Positions 11,620 to 17,334 of a stretch of 17,334 nt of DNA are shown piece by piece (the first letter of the stretch is position 1; the number at the start of each line of letters is the position of its first letter). The notes under the pieces are model-generated. The model did not search any database. It was not told where the DNA came from and saw nothing but the letters and a program-made list of their open reading frames with translations. Source of the DNA: Paraspadella gotoi (taxonomy: Eukaryota; Animalia; Chaetognatha); NCBI GenBank assembly GCA_051294375.1, contig JBJCIZ010000900.1, forward strand, positions 1 to 17,334, given 5' to 3'. The translations under genes and the position numbers were made by a program.

Positions 11620-14600
11620 ACGAAATTAAGACGGCGTCGGGTGTAAGAGGCCACTTCGATGTCCGCGGCGACCTCGTCGCTTCCGCTTCCTCCGCGTCTT
11701 CGTCGAAAAGTTCCGGATCTTCGTCGTCGTCCGTCGTCGTCGCTCGTCTATGATGAGAGCCCCTCGATCGTCGTCTTCCTCGTCCTCTTCGTAATCGGGG
11801 CGCGGTCGTCGTCCTCTTCGTCGTCCTCTTCGTAATCGGGGCGCCCTCGTTCTTGGTGGAGGCGGATCCCGGGGTGATGATGGTGGGTGGTGGTGGTGCC
11901 GACGGTTTCGTTGGAGGAAGAGAGCGGATCCCGGTTCTCCTTGTCGGCTTCTCGATCGTCCTCCTGGGGTAGGATCTCCCCGTCGTCGACGAGCCACTTC
12001 TCGGCGCGTTTGGGCGGTTCCGGGTTCCGATAAGAAGAAGCGTCGGAATCCCGGATCTTCTCTTTTTCAAAGGGAGGAGACGCTCACGCCGAGTCTATGA
12101 AGCGGTCCGAGTTCGTCGCGGAGAGGAAGGAAAGGATGAATAGGACGGTCGTTTCGTCATCGCGACGCCGCGGGGATCGATCTCCTCCTCCTCCTCCTCT
12201 TTCCTCTCCTCCTCGGGGAGGAAGCCGAAAAGACGGTCTTGGCGGTTTCTTTCATCTTCCTCGTCGCCTCTCCTCTTCCTCCTCCGTCCACTCTTCCGTC
12301 GTGACGTTGTGTCGTCGTCGCGATCGTCGTCGTCTGTCGTCGGCGTCGGTTGATCGATAGCGTACCGACGTAGGATGGGTTTCGCTTCGGAATCGGGCAG
12401 AATTCCAACGATAACGCTTGGATGGCACGACTCCTTCTCCTCGTCGTCCAAGGGAGGAGGGAAGAGGGGCGTCTTGCCGGCCATCGTCGCCGACCTGACC
12501 GTCGCAGTCGTCGTTCTCTCTCGACGACCTTTCTCTGACGATCGAGAATGCCCCGCCGTCGAGTCCAGTTCGATCCTCCTCGTCCTCTTCTTTTCCTCCT
12601 CCTTCGCTCCCTCCACCGCCTCCTCGCCTTCCTCTTCTTCGAAGCGGGAACGGGGAACGGGGGAACTGGGGAACGGGGGAACGGGAGACGGGGAACGGGG
12701 GAACGGGGAATGTCGCGGCCGGCCCCGGCCCCGGCCCGGCGCGCAGCGCCCGAGCCAAGGCCCACGCGCCGCCCCGCGGCCGAGCCAACGCCACGCCGCC
12801 CCCGGCGGCCGACACCGGCGGAGGCAAGCTCCTATCGTCGATTTTGAACGCTTTTTGCCTTTCCAGGCGGAAGAGACGGGTCCTTTGGCGGCTCCGGCTC
12901 CTTCTCGTCGTCGTCGTCGTCGAACGAGGCAAGACGAGTCCCCGGGGGCGCCGCTCGCGGGGGTCGAGTCGGAAGAGACGTCGCTTCTTTTCCTTTTCTT
13001 CCCCCCGCGACGCGTTGTCGAAGACGGCGCGAGACGGAAGAGGCGGAGGCGGGCGAGCTTCGGCGGTCCGGACGACGGAGAAGCTGAGGAAGAGGACGAA
13101 GGGATGGTGGGAAAGGGAGAGAGGCGGAGGCGGGGGGAGAAGAGAAGTGGGTGGGGGAATCGTGAGGGGCGAAATAAGTTTTGTTCGTCGAATTTTTCTT
13201 GGGGGGGGAGGACGATTGGAAAGAAGGCTGAGTCCGCCGACGAAGTTCTTTCTTTCGTAGACGCCGACGGCGTTACGAGTCAATTCATGATGGCACGGGG
13301 GAAAAACATCCCTCTCTGGCGGCGAGGTCGAAAGTGCGCCGGATGCAGGCGGATCGTCGGCCGTAGGATCGTATTCCCGCACAAGTCGCAAAAGGATTTG
13401 GTCTGTCGGTCGCGATGACGATGCTGACTCGACTCGAACTGCAAGAACTGCTCGATCTTCCAGGCGACGTTCTCTCTCAGTTCTAAATTCGTAACCCTTG
13501 GGAAAAGAGGGAGATTTGGGGATGACGAGATGCCGTGCCGTCCCCGAAATGATCGTTATCCCTCGAACGGGGATCCCTTCCCCGAAAATCCTTCCGAGTA
13601 ATCCTGAGATCGGATCTGGAGTAATGAGCTATTTTGAGGGGGGAAAAACCCTTCGGGACGGATCGTTTCTCCCGTACTCTACGGTTACGAAGACCCCCTG
13701 GTCGCGGAAAGCGGGTAAAAACTCCCCTCTTTCAGGTAAAGCTCGTTGGCTCGAACGATATCGGCCGGGGTCACCTGACCGGTGAAATCGTTTCTGTTCG
13801 AGGTTCTCCGGTCTCGTCGTCGATATCGTTCAAATGCGCCGCCCACTGAGTGTTTTCGGCGAAGCTCGAACTTATCTTATCGAAGTTATTGAACAGACGC
13901 ACCACTCGCCGAAGGAGATTCCCACGTTCTGCTTGAATAGCAGCGCGGTCGACCTCCGTCGACGACATTACCCTCTTTTCGAACGAGAGTCCGGAATTAC
14001 GGATTTTGATGAGGATCTGCTCCCCGATAGCGAATTCACGTTCGGTCTGCTCAATCCGAATTCCAAACTCCCGCCGTTACCGAGGCGATCTCTTTTTACT
14101 TTCGCTCTCCCCCTTAACCCTTCGGTATTTTTCCCCATAACGACCACGTGACCGTTCGGTCAAGGTTCCCTTCTTCAACGTACCGAAAGCGCGCTCCCGT
14201 CGCGCGCAGTTTCCCGCTGCCGTAAAAGTTCTGGCTGGAAGAGGGGGGTCCGACGTCGACCTTTCCGGCGTGAAGATGATGATCCTTCAACGCCTTCGTG
14301 AGATTGGAGTCGGCGAGAATCGGGCGTCGTTGTTTCGTAGCCCCCGATCCATGGGCGAGTTGAGGAAGCCGGCTCCGCCGCCAATTTGGTTGACGACGGA
14401 CTTGGCGGTGGATTTCCCTTTGAAAAAGAAGAATCCTTGCTTCCCCTTGGAGCGCGATGTCGGCGGCGTTCCCGGTCTCCCGACCCCCGCCGCTGCGGAA
14501 GTCGAAGCGCCGGAAGTCGACGCGGTGAGGAGGTTCGCTCGACGGCTGGACGCGGACACGGCGAGGAGCGACGTAACGGGTTTTTATTTTACCCACCGCC

Positions 14601-14683
14601 ATGGCGAAAGCCGATTTCCGGGTGCCGGAAACCGGGCGGAAGCATGGCCTGGTCTAGACTCGTCGTAGAAAGGCCTTGACCAT
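11620..14683 (-). CDS. Large hypothetical protein (about 1000 aa): basic N-terminus, two PC4-like repeats, long disordered Pro/acidic tail; frameshifted
   Basis: Continuous GC-rich coding-like tract assembled from overlapping minus ORFs (14114-14602, 14287-14559, 13771-13968, 12095-12616, 11465-12070). The tail frame is supported by synonymous differences from copy A. Start may be ATG 14683 (A-rich context) or 14602. It could be two genes, and the 3' end may be spliced. Confidence 0.6.
12645..12710 (+). repeat. G-rich 7-8 nt tandem repeat (GGGGAAC)n, about 9 units, inside the large gene
   Basis: gggaacggggaacgggggaactggggaacgggggaacgggagacggggaacgggggaacggggaa; encodes a Pro-rich stretch on the minus strand. 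Confidence 0.85.
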
Positions 14684-15167
14684 TTATATTATTTCTTTAC
14701 TTTCTTTATTGATCGAGAAAGGGAGAGAAAGCGGAGTAAAGGACGAAGTTTTTTTCGCTATGCTCGAGTATTAGGCGAAGAAAAAAAGAGAAGGACGATT
14801 TTTTTGACACTCGTCGAATGTCCGATTCGAGATCGAGTGTCGGAATTGGGATTGGAGTTTAGTCTTATTTTCTTTTTCGAAAGGTGATGAAAATTGATTC
14901 GTGAAAAGAAAAATAGCGCGAGTGGAAAGTTTTCGCTCTCCACGATCGAATTTAAAGAGAAGACGTGCCTGGCGGGCGTTTCTCGGCGGGGAACGAGCGC
15001 CGGAGTGGCAGAGGGCCGGCGTTCACGCGCGTGACTGGGCGCGGGGGCAGGCGCGGCGCGAGGACGATGAAGAGAACGATGGAGGGAAACGCTATTAATT
15101 TTTTTTGTCTACGACGCCGTCGAAGACGGGAAGAGGACGAGGATTCCAAAGATCGACGACGACGGTC

Positions 15168-15172
<5 letters not shown>

Positions 15173-15214
<42 letters not shown>

Positions 15215-15257
15215 TCGTTAATTTTCGATCGGTGACGAAAGGACGGCGGTCGAGGGC

Positions 15258-15337
<80 letters not shown>

Positions 15338-15347
15338 TCGTTAATTT
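15173..15347. repeat. Two (GA)n tracts each followed by GCGTCGTTAATTTT
   Basis: Motif at ~15212 and ~15335; the second overlaps the stop codon of the basic-protein gene. Confidence 0.85.
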
Positions 15348-15994
15348 TTGGCGACGACGGAGTTCGTTTTCACCGAAGGAGGAGAAGAGGAAGAGGACGA
15401 CGGCGGTGAAACTCGGCGGCCTTCTCTGAGAACGCAAGCGAAGGACGCCTGGAGGGTTTTGAGAAGTTCGATGGTAAAATTAACGAGATATTCTCTGCTC
15501 AAGCCGCGCATGCGCCGACCGATCTTTTTAGATTTTATAGGCGGGACAAATAAGTACCTAGTCGACTCATCTTCGTTAGCCCGGCTCTTTGAGCGAGAGT
15601 CGTTTGTAGAGGAACGCTTAGATCCCTCCTGGGAGCTCGAAGATCCGTTAGCGGCGCTTCCACGACGCCCGTTCCCGCATTTCTCTTTCTTCCTTTCCCC
15701 CTTGATTTTGCCTTGATCCCCCCGCCCCCGCGCCCGACGAGGTTCTTTCTGGCTCTTGTTATTTCAGCGCGCGGGAGATTTCTTTCCCCCTTTTCCTCTT
15801 TGAGACGCCGTTTTTTTTGCCCTCCGCCTCTCTGCGGCTTTCGTGCGACGCGAAGTTCCACTCAATTTGACGACGGCAGCAGTCGATCTTGGTCCCGACG
15901 CCGAGCTCGATGTTTGCGGTTCTTCGCCATGGCCTTGAGATATACTGCTTTCGAATTGATTGATTTTCCGACACACCGCGGTTTCTTCATTCAT
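15341..15994 (-). CDS. Hypothetical Arg/Lys/Gly/Ser-rich basic protein, about 210 aa; frameshifted
   Basis: Stitching ORFs 15764-15994 and 15535-15861 to the frame ending TAA at 15341-15343 gives MNEETAVCRKINQFES..RRAKKRRLKEEKG..LVGRGGGG..YLFVPPIKSKKIGRRMRGLSREYLVNFTIELLKTLQASF..VVAKN*. It is a GC-rich island bounded by GA tracts. Confidence 0.55.
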
Positions 15995-16014
15995 AATAAA
16001 GGAAAGAAAATAAA

Positions 16015-16069
16015 AGAGAGATGAAGAGAGAGAGGAGAGAGTAGAGAGAGAGAGAGGAGGAAGAGAGAG
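16015..16069. repeat. Short imperfect (GA)n tract between protease and basic-protein genes
   Basis: Directly visible. Confidence 0.8.
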
Positions 16070-16094
16070 CGCTGTAGTAAAAATTCGAAAAAAA

Positions 16095-16640
16095 TTAACT
16101 CGTGTGGAGAAAATAAATTATTGTTTCTTCGAATTTAAAACCTCGATGAAATAAAATTAGATACGAAAACGTCGTTTTATATACGGTGTAGAAGTATATA
16201 TTTTGTTTAATATTCGCTAATGCAGGAAGAAGTCTCTGCTGCGAAGAAATACAAAAAAAATAGACATATGTAGTCCGCAGAAGAAGCACATTTTCCCTTG
16301 TATCAATTTATCGTTTATATACGATTCTCCGCGAGCAGACGCTTTCAAGATGGAATCGAAGGCGAGGATCGGGCTGGTCTGGCGGATTCCCTAGCGGATC
16401 CACGATTTTCTAGTAAAATTAGGCGCGTTTAAACTCGAAATAGTTTATCCAGTGCCGGTACCGCCGCGAGATGCCTTTTTGCGTGTTGTTAAGCGTGGTA
16501 GCAAGCGATTCTAGTTTAGAATAGATGAAAGCTGGTATGGTTATTATTGTGAATTAGCCAATGCGCCTTAGTTTCCGGATGGAAGGGGAAATAGTAAGCG
16601 AATCATAGGCGATCGGAGAACAGATGACCTAATGAAATTG
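16095..16640 (-). CDS. Adenain-like (Polinton PRO) cysteine maturation protease; frameshifted
   Basis: HW (His codon 16452-16454), VDPLGNPP (Asp 16398-16400) and in-frame INDKLIQGKMCFFCGLH with Q-x6-C (Gln 16298-16300, Cys 16277-16279). This is the adenain His-acid-Gln-Cys order and spacing. Start is approximate. Confidence 0.8.
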
Positions 16641-17334
16641 GATGCGAGGAATATTAGAGAGTATAGAGACAATGGATAGGTAGGATGCGCGGTTCAATGC
16701 GGGCCAGGCAGACGAGAGTCGATGGGTAATAGGAGAAAAAAGGACAAGAAGGTGGTCCGCTGATGAGTAGAGGGTGTCGGTTTTTTTTCGTTACGCTGTT
16801 GAGACATTGTGGTTTTTCGTGCCTGCTTTGGGAAATCTTTGTTGTTCGCTTGGTATCTTCTTGATATTGCGGCTGAAATTTTTTTTTAGGCAGCATTTAT
16901 AATTTTTAGCAGGAGTACATAGCGTCTCTTTGGATGGAATTTATGGAATTAGAGTTTGTCCGGCGATTAGAAAATAGAAGGTGATAGACCCAGTAAAAGT
17001 TGATTACTATTGTTGGGGAGATTCGGAGACGCCGAATTCTGCGGAGCGTTAATGGTTGGGCGCAGGCGGCGGAATTTGGGTAAAACAGATGAATGTCGGG
17101 TCGACGTGCTGGGGGGCATTTCGAAGGGTGGTGGCATGATCACGTGTAACCTAGCGCTGTGGCGTAATACTTTGCGCGTAGTCTTAATGTGCGATGGACG
17201 GATGGGAATGTGCCGTTGGAAATAAAGTGCGTGGGCCACTGCATTCGGCAGCTGAAGATAACGATAGGGATAAGTCCTGTCGATCCGGCAATTCGGCTGC
17301 GCTTCGTCGTCGATAGCCGAAATGCGGAGTAAGG
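16640..17334 (-). CDS. Probable A32/FtsK-type genome-packaging ATPase, C-terminal part; frameshifted, truncated by window edge
   Basis: In-frame INFYWVYHLLFSNRRTNSNSINSIQRDA, then YVLLLK (~17005-16900), resembles the Polinton ATPase block N.SV....QNLF....RTISLNA.Y.VLFK. PFSYY.IDSR..LYSNI (~16745-16650) resembles PY.YL.ID...LRTNI. Walker A/B not seen. Position next to the protease fits. Confidence 0.45.

Larger units (their letters stand above)
9230..13500 (+). repeat. Direct repeat of window 1-4680 (about 4.3-4.7 kb)
   Basis: Shared anchors throughout, e.g. aaatattacctcc at 3 and 9231, gatgacatttcgtcatttcgtaatttaatact at ~1188 and ~10363, cgtcgtcgacgagccacttctcggcgcgtttgggcgg at ~2724 and ~11981, aaaaggatttggtctg at ~4469 and ~13390. 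Confidence 0.97.
4765..17334. mobile_element. Polinton/Maverick (adintovirus-like) endogenous element, internal fragment, copy B
   Basis: Protein-primed PolB, adenain-type protease and probable packaging ATPase occur together, which is the core Polinton gene set. The element is cut by the gap on the left and the window edge on the right. No TIR, integrase or capsid gene seen. Confidence 0.85.

Noticed and set aside
13365-13400. Possible LxCxE Rb-binding motif near FCDLC.EYD
   Set aside because: The spacing does not match LxCxE and the two copies disagree here.
13400-14683. Capsid or integrase identity for the large minus-strand gene
   Set aside because: No DDE integrase motifs or jelly-roll capsid features recognised; those genes are presumably outside the window.

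Overview
Eukaryotic (probably arthropod, GA-microsatellite-rich) scaffold with a 25-N gap at 4740-4764. The sequence is full of indels, so real genes are split across frames and most listed ORFs are spurious. Reading across the frameshifts, the window is the interior of a Polinton/Maverick (adintovirus-like) endogenous DNA virus. A protein-primed family-B DNA polymerase lies on + (about 4765-9883). It converges on a minus-strand block: the C-terminal part of a probable packaging ATPase (16640-17334), an adenain-type cysteine protease (16095-16640), a small Arg/Lys-rich protein (15341-15994), and a roughly 1000-aa protein (about 11620-14683). That large protein has two PC4-like repeats and a long disordered tail carrying several host-type docking motifs (KPILRR, KTVSF, LPLKKRKIR, KEN, RRLNF). 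Bases 1-4680 are a second, direct-orientation copy of about 9230-13500 that differs by synonymous substitutions as well as indels. The interval between the convergent genes has TACTAAC/(CT)n/YAG arrays that look like introns on the minus strand. No integrase, capsid gene or terminal inverted repeat is visible. All protein calls come from manual motif reading, not database searches, and gene boundaries are approximate.
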